Of a stretch of DNA of 64,000 bases, positions 12,861 to 27,800 are shown in pieces. Numbering within the stretch: position 1 is the first letter of the stretch; each line of letters starts with the position of its first letter. The position numbers and the translations under genes are program-made. Below the pieces are notes generated by a model. It had not been told where the DNA came from. It was given only the letters and a program-made list of their open reading frames with translations, and ran no database searches. Source of the stretch: Bugula neritina (lineage: Eukaryota; Animalia; Bryozoa); assembly GCA_964035545.1 (NCBI GenBank), contig OZ037768.1, forward strand, positions 15,731,875 through 15,795,874, written 5' to 3'.

Positions 12861-15800
12861 CTTTTTGTATTTAGTTTTAATGAACGTTCATCAAACTGAA
12901 AATTAGAACAATGGTAAATATCATAAAAATGAGCTTATTTTTATTTTCACATTTTGAATATTGTTATGTTTTTACCATCACACCCACTCCCAGTCTGAGT
13001 CTCATATTCACAGGTACCCTAACCCGTACACCGGTACAGCCGTACTGGCCACTGGGTCTGTTATTGTTAATGTCACTTACTCTTAGTGGCCTGACCATTC
13101 AATTTTATTTCTAAGAGTAAGACCAAGTTCAAGTTAATATAAATAAAATAGAACTAGATTCATAATTTATATTTTACGAAATTAAATATATTGAATTTTA
13201 TAAAAAAAATGTATTATTATTAATATTATTATTATTGATAATATGAATTTTAAGTAATATTATAAATGAGGAAATAAAAATTACTTTATAATTTCAATTG
13301 ATAACAGCTGAATATCGAATTCAATTTAAAGAATATAAATAGCTAACTCTAAATCCACATATTAGTTATTAGTAATACTAATAGTAATAAGTCAATAAGT
13401 AAATAAGTATAAAATTACAGTAAAAATGTAAAGCTAGAAGTGTAACTAAAGCTAAAAGCATTTATTTTTTTCACTATTTATATTATTGTTACTATAACTA
13501 TAAGTGTAAAACTAAATATAAATTTAACACAGCAATAGGTCTATAATATTAATTGTAAGTGAATAACTATTATTATAAGTGTCACTCATTATCAATAGTT
13601 ATAATGTAGCAATTTGGTTCTGTTAAAAGCCCACAATCAATTATAGAGGTGACTTTCAGTTTCAGTAAAAGTTTTACTGGTGCTGTTACAAGTCTATTTG
13701 TAGTTTGTTATACTTATTTGTTTATTATATTCAACAAATAATACATTAGCTGGTAAACCAATATCATAAAGTCGAGTTTTTTATGTCAACTTTGTACATT
13801 ATCAGAACTAAAGTTATGAAAGCATGTGTATGATACTCACATTATATATATGCATACTCATTGACATTGGACTGCCAGAGTTTAGATTTATCGTTTATAA
13901 ATGATGAGGGGGTGTAAAATATGTTGTTATTATAGCAATCAGACTAGCGATCAAATGCAGTTTTGTGTAAATTGACAAGTTTAGATCAAATGACCAGAGG
14001 TCATTGTATGCTTTTTATGTGTATGGGGGCAAAATGGCCAAATTTAACATGATTTGAATCTGGTATTCTACTATGTCACAAATTGAGGTACCTTAGTGAT
14101 ATACAGAAAAAGCACTGTGTTGTATTTGGCACTTCATCCTTAGCAATTTTTTTTAAAACTACAGGGCTAGTTAATTTAAACTGTGCTCCAATGTATTTGA
14201 TTTTGCACACTGTATCTATATTGTCACTTTCCTCATTGTTTGCAACTAGTCTTTGGCAGGTTGTCTTCAGAAAGGGCTTTATATCAGTCATTTTCATTTG
14301 TGCTGCACAATGGAATCTGCAAATACTTTTAATTGATAAATTCTATTTTTTCCCAGGGGTTGAGCTTGAGTATTTTGCTGATAACAAAAAGAAAATTTAT
14401 TCTCCTGCTGATTTACAAGTTGAATATGCAGGTTCTCAGAATGTAAATTCAGTTATGAGTAGGTGATTCATAATATTTCTTTGGTGAATGAAGAGTTGCT
14501 GATTTCAATTTCTTCCAGCTTTCTACTCGAGTGCTAATGGGTCTTGAAGTGCCATTTTTAATTGAATCTGTGATATCATGTTATCTATCCTTACTTTCCT
14601 TACAATATTCAATAGCTTTTTTTGTTTATTTTTGTCATAATGGTTCCATGTGTTCATTGATGTTGACATAATGCATGTAGAATTCCTGTACTTGCAGTTT
14701 TTAATTGATGGTTGAATTTGTGTTGAAACTGTGCATTTCTTGAGGTAAAGTGTTGTCTTCTCATTCACGTTTGATGAATAGAATTGATTGGTTTGTCAAC
14801 TGTTAATTTAGTCACTTTTCCTGCATCTTTTGTTTTGAATGGTGTGGTCCTATTCTAATAAACACATGGCAAGCTATCATGATGTTTCAACACTCTACCT
14901 ATACCATTTAAGTGTTTTCTTTCAGTGTTAGGCTGCTAAACGTGATGTGATATATACTAGTTGTAAGATTTTTGGACATGTTTCCGTAAAGCAAAATGAC
15001 TTCTGAGACAATAGTAAAACATTAATGATAAAAATGTGTAATGAAGCTAAGTTTATCATATTTTACTGGCTGTTTATTTTTAATAAGAAAACTGGTTAGA
15101 CTGATTGAGTTTTTATCCAAAAATAATTAATTGCGACATGGCTAATTATTTTATAGTTTGCCGTCTGACTGTAACGTTCTTTAGGTATTTTTGTGTTTTG
15201 CTATTACTTTACCATTTGTTCACAACAAATTTATTTTTATATAGTTACAGCTCTTTTTATAAAAAATTATAACAAATGATTACAGAGTTGATCATTTGGC
15301 TTAGTATGGACCTTTGGATATAAATATTATCATTGTTTCCAATTATGCTGTAGCTAACTAGTGTAAATGCTCAAAAGCAAAATTAGTTGATTCAATTTCT
15401 AAAGTACTTAGCTAAAAGGGCTGCTTGCTGGAGAGCCACACAGACCATTAATATATATATTTCATGTTTTGTTACTGCTAAGTAAGTGTAGTTAGAAAAT
15501 TTTGTTATAGAGTTTTGAGTTTGTTATATTTTATATCATGGTAAAAAAATTTCAACGCATGGTCTAAAAAATTACAATACTATTGCTCATTGCTAGTCTT
15601 TCTGGAATTGACACATAAAAGGGCAACTAATTTTTTATTTCTTTTTTTCAAAAAAGATGATTATTAGATAGTTTAGCCAAAAAGTAAATTTTACTTATAT
15701 TGTTGTTTGAATTGGGTTAGTTATATTTTAAAGTGCTTTAATTAAACATGATGATTACCTGGTAAGCACATGGTAAGTTTGGTGTTCAATTATATTTTAT

Positions 15801-15872
15801 AATAGCTTTATTCATATAGAATTATCAACCTACATAATAATTTTTTGTAGAAATTTGAATAGTTTTAACAGA

Positions 15873-18800
15873 ATGGAGCTAGAGAAAGCCAAAATAAAGA
15901 AAGGCAAAAAGAAGAGTAAGAAATCACCATCAGTCGTTAAACAAGATCCTGAAACCGGTAGTGGTGTTACACAGAAAGTTAAACCACAGCAAGTTTTGCC
16001 AAATCCTGGTGCGTCTTTTTAATGTTAGATTGATATATTACCATATACTTCAGCATAAATACATTCTAAAATTAGGCAACAATTCAGTGTTTAGTAATTT
16101 TTTTCGAATTTGATAGCAATCCCTGCAACTGAATAGAACTAATAAATGCATAACTAAACCATAAGCTAACAACTATCTTCCTGTAACTTTCATCCAGTAT
16201 TTACTTTCTAGATGAGGTCATTGAGCTTAAAGGATCCTCCACATCTCTGCAGTCTAAACCTGAATTGTTTGTTGCTGATGGGGAGCCTTCTCAATTGCCA
16301 ACAGCTAGTGTTAATGTAAATAGTATTTATATGCAGCCTTTCTTCTTTTAAATAGAATGTTTTGTCATTCGATTTAATTTGAGTTTTTTCAGTAATGTAT
16401 AATATAGAATGAGGTCAAGAATAATGCCACATTATGTCTTATCCATATGCTGTTATATCAATTTCTATTTTATATACACTTTTTCTACTTTTATAAAATC
16501 ATTTCGGTGGTTTTTCCAATTTCTAGCAATTTGTTATTAAGGATGAGAAGCAGTCTAGAGAAAAAGAGAAACCTGACTCTCGAACAGCATCACCAGCTTT
16601 GTTTTCTTTCAAAACCTCACAAGTTACTCCAATCAATGCCAGTGAAACATCACTAAGATCTCGAGGTTTGATTTAAAAGGAGCCCTGTCAGTTATTTTAA
16701 TAATTCTACTAATTTGTAGCTTTCTTGTGAACAGAAATAGTATAAATTATATTATATTTAAAGCCAAAAATAGATGTTGTTTGGCTATGTTTGTGGGTTC
16801 TTTTGTATTCTGAGTTTATGTGGGTAGAAATTGGTGCTGAAACTTCCAGCATATTTTTGCTAGCACCTCCTTACCTATACACTTTCCAATATACTCAAAA
16901 GGTAGGCCTACTTGCTACTTTAAAGTGTGGCTGTAATTCAGTGCTAAAATCAGATTAGAACTGTCTATTAAAATATTAGTCATCGTAAGTTTATTTCTCA
17001 TGATTAGTAACCAAAGTCAAACTTCACTGACTTCACAAAATTTCTTTGCCAATGCACCTGTCTCTGGGTAAAAATGTTCAGCACCTCACGTTGGCTAAGC
17101 AAAGGGATATTTTAAAAATTACTGAAAATTAACGACATTGTATTGGTATTTTATATGTTAGTTGAGATAAGACTTAGAGTAATCATTGTATAACACAGGT
17201 ATTACATTATTCATTTTAACTAAAGGTATATTTTCTTTTCTACTAATTAACTCTGTGTGTGAGAATTACTCTCCTAATATGTCAATTAAATTGTTTGAAA
17301 AATATTTTCGCAAAACAGATAATTGAATTAATATTAAGTAAATCATGAGCTTGCATTAGAGACTGCAGCAACTTATCATTATTGTCTTATGTGTCTTTAC
17401 TTGCTGTGTACTTTTAGCCTCTACTATATTGGACTAATGCGTACAATGATATTACAGAGGCTTGGAGTGGTGTGGATCCTAAAGAGGAAACTAAACATGG
17501 CGTGGGGTCTGTACAGCTCATTACTGAACCAGTCATAGCCGGGCAAACTTCTGCTACCAATGACAGTGTTGCTAATACGAACAATGAAGCTCAGCTAAAC
17601 TCACCAGGCAGGTCACTTAAACTGCAGTGTTTCTAAAACTTGTACGAAGGTGCCATTATACCTATATTTGCATAATGCGTATTATTATTATTATTCAAGT
17701 ATCGTACATTATTACACAGTTTTTTCAGCAAGAAATCCATGTTTTGTATGTTTATTTTATAATTCAATGTTGAAAGGCAAATTCCTGGTCAAATTAGATC
17801 TTTCTATGAGGCATGAGTAACACTTATATTCTCAATTAATATATTAGGTATACATTTTTGAGGAGTTCCTAGTGTCATCTTCAAAAGTTGTGTGATGTGT
17901 GCTAAATACCTGCAATCATACCCCACGTGTTATGTAACGCCTGGTTCATTTTGCTTTCAGATAACAAAAGTTTGGTGAGCAGTGGTTTGCTGTCTCCACC
18001 TAAAATGAAGGGAGAAGAGCAGGCATATGTTCCATACCTGTTTGCTAGAGACACCATCGTCAGGATAGTCAACGACATGCATAAAATGAAGGAAAGTCAT
18101 ATCGGAGTTATCAGCCAAATAGAGTTGAACTACAAAATGATAGAAGATGAAACACAGGTTAACATGTCTTCTTAATCAGATGGTCATTGAGTTATTCAAA
18201 AGTGTTATAATTGGTACAAAATGATTTTTTGCGCTGTGCTTTGTTACCAAAACTGTTTTTCTAAGATAAAATTAACCCCTGATCCCTATTTTGAATTTGT
18301 CTGTTTGTTTGTTGTTCATTGCTGGTGTTAATATTTTAGAGACAGTTTAATTCTTTTGTTCTTAATTTGAGGAAAGTGTACAGAGACAAGCTGTCTACCT
18401 TCCAACATGTCATCTCAATACACAGAGCTGATACAGACAAGAAGAAGGTGAGTAACTGGCACAAACCCTGAGATATTTCACTGGTTATCTAATTACTCTG
18501 TCAAGTGTTGTTACAATATCTTCTTATACGGTTCTATAGTATTTCATATTTAATGTTAGTTTTAAAATGTATTATTTAGTATAGTATAAGCAGAGTTGTA
18601 TGAACATATTTTTCTGTTCCCTATTTACAAATATAACTAAAACATTTGTGTAATCTAATAGTATTACTGAGCTGTTTTGAATGTTTTGTGAATAATGAAG
18701 TATTTATGTCCTGTTTTAAATAATTATGTATTAAAGCCATTGAGTTGGTAAAAAAATGGTTTAAGTCATTATTAATAGCTATTTATTTCTTCTTGTATCA

Positions 18801-21800
18801 ACTTTACCTAGTAAATTTTAATTTTTGGGCAAATTAAATTGTAGAATTGGTTTCAATTATTGTGTAACATCCTCTCATCTGTTGTATTTCTAGGAATATT
18901 GGGACAGTAATCTATCAAGCTTAAGCAAACAGAATAAGAAATTACTTGGTGACAAAAAAGCTCTGCTCATTCAAAACAAGTTGTTAATAAACAGGATTGC
19001 AGAGGTTCGAGAAGAAGTTTCTAAAGAGTTCATTGTAAAACTAGATGATCTTAATCAGCAGTACTCAGCAGGTAAATGTTTTTTTCTACTTGCGTTATAG
19101 CATGTGCTTTCATTTTCACTCATAAGTAGCTTTTAGTAAAATTTCTGTCACTAGTTTCTTGTTATTTACTGCAATTCAACTAAATTTTGGGTCGTGTATT
19201 TCCACTAACAAATTGCAATAACTTGATTATCTCCAACATCTTGTATGGGAGCACCTGATCAGTTTTGGTAACTGGTGTCGGTTGTTTATATATAGACTAT
19301 TGATAGTCTACTCTATGTAAAACAAAGATTAAAGGCTATGAGTCAGTCAGTTGTACAGTTTTCAGGTGACTTAAATTGGTTTGTTAATTTCATTTTAGAA
19401 GCTGAAAGTCATTCTGAAGATAGGGTGAAGTTTGATGCAGAAAAATCTGAGCTTTTAAAAGAAATAAAGGACCTAAAAGAGCAAGCAGTTCCAACTGTCA
19501 CTTCGGTTGTAGCTCCTGCTCCCCATGTCACACCCACTGTTGACTTTGAGACTCAGTCTAAACAACCGGAGTCTGTGCCAGAGGTTGAGTCACAAACTAT
19601 CACAAAGGAGGTTATCATTGGTCAGTTACTACATCATTATTGCAGTCTATGCTAACACAGCATATTTTAATCTCACCTAATTTCGTTTTAAAATACTCTA
19701 TTTTTTTGGGTTTTGTCTTAATTTTTTCCTCAACTGGGATGAGAAACTCAATGGTGGTTGCAATACTTGTATGTTGCTGACCGCTACATTTATGTTGAAA
19801 TCATGTTCTAGTAAACTGTGTGTTTGCATGCATACTCCTTGCTTGCCAGTCCATACAAAGCTCTTTGGGAAACCTTTTAACTCTACCAGCTAATTGTTTT
19901 CGATGAAGCTTTGAAATGATGAGACTGTTGTGTACGCATACTATTGTGGAATGTGTAGAGTAGGTAGAAATGAGTTTTATCACATTTAATAGAAATTAAT
20001 AAAATAGTGCTGTGTTTCTGACGTTGTGTCGTCTGTGTGGTAGACATGTCAGAGAAAGAGCGTGCAGAGTTGGAGGCCGAGAGACAGCGAGTAGCTGCTG
20101 ACTTGGCTAGTATGGCCGCACACAGAGCATCTCTGGAACAGGAAAGAGCCGAGATAGCAGAAAGTAGGAAACAGCTCAACACTGAAAATGCGGAGTTACA
20201 GGATAAAGTTAATCATTCTGAGAAGGTGCAGTTGTTGGCGGAGTTGTAGTCTTTCTTTTGAGAGTTTAATTATCATCAAATGTTTACATTGATGGGCCTT
20301 TAGCTGATTTTTTAAATACATCCTGTCTGGTTGGCGACCTTGTAACTGTCAATACATTTATGAAACTTTCTTTAATGTATTGCTATTGATGCCCAGATAA
20401 ATATCTGCTACAGTGTAGATGTAAGACATCAAACTATTCAAAGGTCATTAATAGACACATGGTAGTACTTAGTACTAATACATTTTTTACTTTCATTATG
20501 AGTATTAGTACTAGCACTAGTCAGTGAATAGTTGGGCTGGCCAAATCTGATCTTCATTGTGTGGCTGTAATCTCATGTCTCTAAACAGCTTTTTGTTAAA
20601 AATTAATTCATTTTTTTTAAATTAATGATAATCTGTTAGTAGCTGCTTGGAATACTCAGCACATGCTTTCTAACATGTTGATTGCAAAGAGTGGCTTCTA
20701 GCCAGTTCAGGCTTGCTCACATGCAAAAGTGTTGCCTTTGTTTTTAAAGTCACTGATACTGATGAAATAATATATATTTAAAATTCAAGGGTTAATAACT
20801 TAAATGCAAAGCTCTTTTGAAATGATTATTTTTGAAATAATGAAATTGAAATCGTAAAAGTTTGTTTTTATTCATACAATAAAACTTTAAGCAGTCAGGT
20901 CCATCTAAAATGTTATTATAAATTTTATATGCATAGACTTAAATTGTAAATACTTTACTTTGAGTATTGACAACAATAATGTTTGCTAAATTTCACGAAA
21001 TAGCAAAGTTTCTTTTGCTTTTGTAGGCCATAGCTGAATGGAAAGGGAAGTATGAAATTACTAGAGGACAGCTGTCCCAGTTTGGTACTCTGCAATCTGA
21101 CTATGACACTCTTTTAGCTGCTTACAACTCTCTGGCATTGGTGGCTTGCGACATTAATCAGGCTGATGTGAGTCACCAAGTATATAATCAAATACTAAAA
21201 ATTCAGTCATTGGTGTTGCATAAAATAATATCCTAACTAAATTAGAATAAATAAAACTTGTTACGTTTATGCCATTAATAAAACTGTAGTATTTTGCTGC
21301 AAAATGTAAGCAAACAAGATAACGTCTGCAGCCCTGTATAATTAGCAATGTTTTTCACTTGTAACCAGGTGATCCGTTTACCAGAATTGTCAAGTTAAAC
21401 TTTTATGTTAAATTGTTTTCCGCAACAGTGCTTTAATGGCAATTATATTTTATCTTTCATAGAAATATGCAGGCCTTATATCAGCTTTTCTTATGAGTTT
21501 AATAATGTTGGTTCTTCTGCTAAAAATTTAATGTCGGTTAATAAGAAATAATTTATGGAATAATTGCTCTGGATACAACACATTTTCTAAACAACGCTCG
21601 CCATCAACCTTGTCATTAGTTTCTAATATAGGCTGTACACAGAATTTAAGTATTGCAACTTAAGTTAGAGTTATCTACGTAATGCTATAGGCTTGGACCT
21701 TCTTTACAAAGCATATTGTATTTATACTATTTCTTTTCAAAAACTCCTTCCATTATAAAACAAACTTATAGTATGTTTCAAATCCATGTAGTTGTCACAT

Positions 21801-24800
21801 AAAAAGTGTTTATAGCACAAGAGATTGCTAAAATTATATGAATCCTATAAACCCTGGAATGGGGAAGTTTCTTTCAATATATGGCAAATGACTCATTAAG
21901 ATTTTTAGGTATCAAGATTATGCATACTATTTAGGGGTTTTTCTGACTTCTTAAACTTAAGATGTTCATATATTACTGAATGTGCATTCACCAATCCAAT
22001 GCGCTAAGGTAGAAAGTTACCAAATTCTAGCATCACTTGAGTTATACTATGCCATACTATACTGAGTTTATTAGTTTCATGTGAAGTAGGGGTTTGGGGA
22101 AAGTGCAATCATTACTCAAATATTAAAGGCATGTTCCTTTATACTTACCTGGTACTTTAGGAAAAAATAGCTAAATGTAAAGCTGACAAAGCTGCCTTAG
22201 AAGAGGATCGAAGTGAAATGATGAGAGATATAACTAAGTGGGAAGACAATTTCAAAACCAAAGCTGGGAAAGAGCCAACTGAAGATGACAGGTAATTAAA
22301 GCATTGTTGCTAAATGACCAGCTTCAGTCATTTAGATGTTTATAGCACCTCAGCTACTCAACCAACTGTTTTAAAGCATTGCAATGTTTGATTATGAGGA
22401 AAGTCTATTAATATCACCAGTTTCATGTTTTGTTGCTGCACTACAATTTACTTTACTTAACAGAAATTTAATTATAATGTGGCAATACTTCCAGAGCCTG
22501 AGACAGACAATGATTATTTTACAAACACTACAATATAACTCAGCTGAAATCCAGATAATCACAAAATGAAAAGTTAACATATTTATAAAGACACTTTATT
22601 TTATTATTATTTTATTTTATGATCAGACCAGACAGCATTAAGGAATTCTACCTGATACTTAAAGAAACCAATTTTGCCATTCAACGTTTGGATATAGAAA
22701 TAGAGATAATGGAGAAGCTGAAAAAGGGCGAAGTTCCTATTCCCCCTGAGAAATCCACTGACTCTGAAAACATTTGTATTCCTGCTGAACCAGTTATTGA
22801 GACTGTAGAGGTTAATGAGTAGTGGCTTGATATATTATATTAAACTGCTTTGGTGTTTCAGTATAGAAATGTTTTTATTGGTTGCACTTGACTCAATACA
22901 CAATGATGCATTATAGCAATAATAATTGTTATGGTATGTGAAAGTTCACTGCCATGATAAATTAATATGTGATCTTTATGCACCAATCTGATTCTTATTG
23001 GATTTACATATATCTTTATGCACTAATAATGTATTTGTTACTAAAGTTTTTATTCTGCTTACAGGTGAAAGTGCCAGATCCTAACACACAGGTACGACTT
23101 GAAGCTGCAGAAGAAAGAAATGACAATTTACAAAAGGAAAATGCAAGTCTACAGACACACATGGATGGGTTGATGAGAGATTTCTCTGGACTGAAGAGTC
23201 AGCTCAGCTCTTTGGAGGCAAAGGTAATAATGCTTACCTACAACATTTTATGAAAATTAAACATCTCCTCTGTGCCTGTCACTCCGTCCTGAAAAAATCA
23301 TCTCCAAAGTTGGCATGGATATTCGTGGCATTTAGTTCAGTTTGTGTTGTTTAATTATTTTATTGATTCTGGCTGGTCGCAGGTTTGTGTAAGCTAAGCA
23401 TTGTCGGTGCAAGCAGCTAAAGTTAATTAATTATTTAATTTTATTAGTAATACTTTCTTGTGTTGCTATTTCGAAATTGTGTAAAACTTCTTGCTTCTTG
23501 CTATGTCAGAGCCATTTAGTGTAAATTCTGTTTTCATGGACACTTAATGAATGCTGGTCACTCAATGTATAAGCTCACTTTCTTGTCATGAGAGAAGATT
23601 TGTTACAAGGCTTATATGTACACAGTTTATTCTTGGCAAATCTGAAGTTGCTCACTTGTTTCACTTCCTCCTATGGTGACATTGTCTCTGCTCTGTTCAG
23701 CCACTTTTGCTTAGCAATGGCTATAAATCATTCTAAGGCAGTTAAATTGTAGAGTATTTTTACCTAGGGATTTCACTAACAAATTGAGTTATAGAAGTCA
23801 ATAAAAGTGTTTTACAATGTAATCGGGTTGTATTCTTAATAATTATTTTGCTAATATTATTATAAGTTTTTCTGTTTGTAATTTTTAACTTGCAAGCTTT
23901 GGTGTCTGTACAAAGCATTTTATTCGTAAATATAATTATTTCAGTTACACCAACTATTGAAGGTTGATAATAATGCTTGTCTCACACCTGAATAATTGCT
24001 AAGTGGTAGTGCAAATATTTAGTAGTAGTTTCAGTAAATGAATGGCATTTTTCTACAGTATAAGTGATGGTTTTTTAAATCTACATTTTTTCAATCAGAC
24101 AGAAAGAAAGAAAACCCCTCAAGGTGATATTTTAGTACTATTTTTTATATTAACCAATCATTGACCAGTGTAATTTTTTAGTTCTCTTTTCAATTAGCAT
24201 CAGATTTGAAAGCAAACTTGCAAGCCCACATATAACATGCGGTTCTGTAGCTTTGAGTTTATTGGTCTCTATGATTTCGGTGCAAATTCTTTTAGTTGAA
24301 AAAGTCTGAAGCAGAAAATTCAAGTAATATGAAAACTATAGTGAAGCTGACTAATAAATTGAAGAAAGCAAGTGAAACATTGGAGCCTGAAAAAGCTGAC
24401 ATGGCTGTAGCTGTCACACAGGTTAGCTGGTTTAATGTCTTGTTTTCTAAATGTTACGTTGAAAGGCAGTTTAATTTATGACTGATACGTACTATATTCT
24501 GTTTTTATTTCCTGGTGTGTTTCTCATAGTAGAAAGGTATATATTTAGGTGTATATTAAAGTACATAGATATAGCACGGTTCTATTGAAAGGTATATATT
24601 TAGGTGTATATTTAAATACATAGATATAGCACGGTTGTATTGAAAGGTATATATTTAGATGTATATTTAAGTACATAGATATAGCACGGTTCTATTGAAA
24701 GGTATATATTTAGGTGTATATTTAAGTACATAGATATAGCACGGTTCTATTGAAAGGTATATATTTAGGTGTATATTTAAATACATAGATATAGCACGGT

Positions 24801-27800
24801 TGTATTGAAAGGTATATATTTAGATGTATATTTAAGTACATAGATATAGCACGGTTGTATTGAATTCAACAGGATGCTGATCAAACCAATACTGGGAAAT
24901 CAGAGTCTGACGTGCCGACAGCACTAGCCGACCACTCTGATTGTGACAAGAAGATTGAGGATCTGGAAGCACAGATTGAAAACTTGCAGAAAGCGCTTGG
25001 GTTGGCAACTACAGTTCTCCCAGATGTGAGGCTTGTGTGCAGATATACACTACATTGCATTAACATTAGTGTAGCAATGTCTACAAATTCCTAGGGGGTG
25101 AAAGTTTATAGGAATTTTCTTCTAGAAAATTCTGTAGCAACTCTTATTGCTTTGAGTTGTCTTTTCAGTACACAAAGAAGGAGTGTAGAGATATAATGAA
25201 CACATTAAGAAGATAAAATATAGAACAATACCATAGGAAATCTGCATAAATGCTCCCCCTTCCCCCTCTGACAATCTGTGTAAATTGTGAACCCCTAGCA
25301 ATCTATAGAAATTGCTATAATTTGTTTTGTGTACACTACATTGCATAAATGCTAGCTGTGTGTGCGCTATACTGCATAGGTACTAGTTGTGTGTGCACTA
25401 CATTGCATGTGCATTAGTATCATGAAAAATAGTCCAATTTATATAATAAATTTGTTGCAGGAAGGCAGTGCTGATAAAATTGCTGATCTAGAATCTCAAA
25501 TCGATGAAATTGAGGAAGAGCTTCGCAAGGAGAAATCTCAACATGAGAACTCAAAAGAAAAGGTTGAAGAACTCAGCAGTCAGGTAACTTGTGCAAGATT
25601 TGTATGACTATTCAATTCTGGTCTCTTTTAGGGGTTATATTTTGCTATCAATGAGCAAGTGGAATGTTAGTTTCATTCATGCACTTTTTTATACGTAAAC
25701 TTTATTATTTTTGAAGCATATATATCAGAAGTATGTTTTCTGATATAAAAATGTTCTAAATTCATTGTGTAATATCTATATTATGTTGTGACATGGTGTT
25801 ATGTATTAATTGTTTCTAATTAGCAAAATCTCATGTATATTATACATATATAATATACATAAGTTATTATATACATTGAGTCGTCTATGTGTAGTTGGAA
25901 AAGTTGGCAGCAGAACTAGAAACTAGGAAACAGTCGCAAGAAGAAGCTGTCAGTGCTGCCAGTATTGCACTTTCTACTCAGCTAGCCAAAAAGGAAAAGG
26001 TGGGAATGTTTGCTAGCATTTCTTCAAGTTTTGATATAACACTTTATTTGTTTTATTGGTGACATCTGTAGTTACTTGGCACATATTTCACTTGAATTTA
26101 CAGGATTTGAAAGATTCAGAGAAGAGAGTGGCAGATTTAGAAGCCAAGCTAATTGAAAACGTTCCTGTTGACGTTGGAGCCGAAATGAAGAAACTTCTGA
26201 AAAAAATTGTATGGCTTCAAAGCTTAAGTATATGCCATATAATATAAAATAGTTTAGTGAAATATTTTTATGATATTTTTAAACTTTTTTCCATGCATTC
26301 TGTATTTTAGGCCTCCATAACAAAAGACAACGATGCTCAGGTTAAGAAAGCTGCAGAAACACTTGGCAAACTACAAACTGTTGAAGCAGAAAATAAAACT
26401 TTGCAGAAATCTCTAGAGACAGAGAAGACAGCGAATGCTTCACTTCAGGTGTGCCAGAATGTATTTCTTGTTTATATTTACTTTGGAAGAAACCTTTTTT
26501 TACTAAAATAATTATTTTTTTTTATATATTTATGAAATTTATTTGTCACTGTTTAAGGTGGGGTACAACTTTATAGGCTCAATACTAGTGTGGAACAGCT
26601 CTTGATGTAACTGGGAATACTGAGATTAGGCAATAGGTAGATTGTTGCTATTTTAGAACTTAGTTCTCCACTTTGCTATTTATAAACTCATTACATACTA
26701 CACGACAATAATACCAAATCTCAGCCACCGTAATGGTGGTTATAATAGTGATAATAAAAGCAATAGTAAAATATTGGCAATAATACTTAAAATCACTAGC
26801 AATAATAATTATTTGCATTATGGTTTCCAACTAAACTTACAGATTTTCATAAAAAGCATGTTTATAGAAAATTCTTTTCAATTTGATAAAGCAAAATATC
26901 TCTGCACAAGCTTTGGATACTTATATGCAAAACTATTTGCAGTTAAACAATTAATAAAGCTGTTACCCAAAGGAGACTTTAATGGCATCTAACCACCCTG
27001 TGATCATTTGCAATTTGAAAAATAGTTATTGTTACAATAGGCTAGTATACTGAACTGTAAGTCAGCTGAAGCTCAATCTTATCTCACTAGTAGCATAGCT
27101 GTAGTCCAACTGTAACTCCTCCTCACCTACTTAAACATATTGCTATTGCGTATGGACTGGTCGCTAATCACCAGAAACATGGCCACAATAGTTGCTGGAG
27201 ATCACTCTAATAACCTAAGACTTTATATGTCAGTTTTTGTAGTAGAAAGATACAATTTATAATGTTGTAATCAAATCAGGAAACTGGCAGTTTTAGTTAC
27301 AACAAAACTCAGGCTTATTATGTCATGTGGCTATTTGTGGTATCTAATATATCAAACAACACAGTGTTTGTATAAATAAATATTCATATATTAAAGAATC
27401 TTGTCCAACTATAAATGAATATGTTATTTTAGACATCATTACAGGTAAAGACATTTATTATGTTTCATTTGCTGGATTTGTGTTGATGTTAAGCACACTA
27501 ATGCTTCTTATCACATGCTAATGTGTACAGTTTTTGCCACACATTTGCGTTGTTTACTAAATTATTTACACATTATTTGATCTCAACTAGCCATTTTGTC
27601 TGTGGTGCCTTTGTTTTAAGTTTTTCTGTTTTGCAGGATTTTATCAACTTATAACTAATGCTTAAATGTTGTACAGGGTCTGACAATTTCACTGGTAGAT
27701 TACATAGTTTTATTTCCCTACCTCTTCAAAACATTCAACAGTCATTTCATTCTCATGTAGACGAAATTAAAGGCTGCCAAAGCAGAAAAAGAGTCGGAAC

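Noticed and set aside
24532-24861. CRISPR-like appearance of regularly spaced repeats
   Set aside because: Units are contiguous with no unique spacers, there are no cas genes, and the context is a eukaryotic intron.
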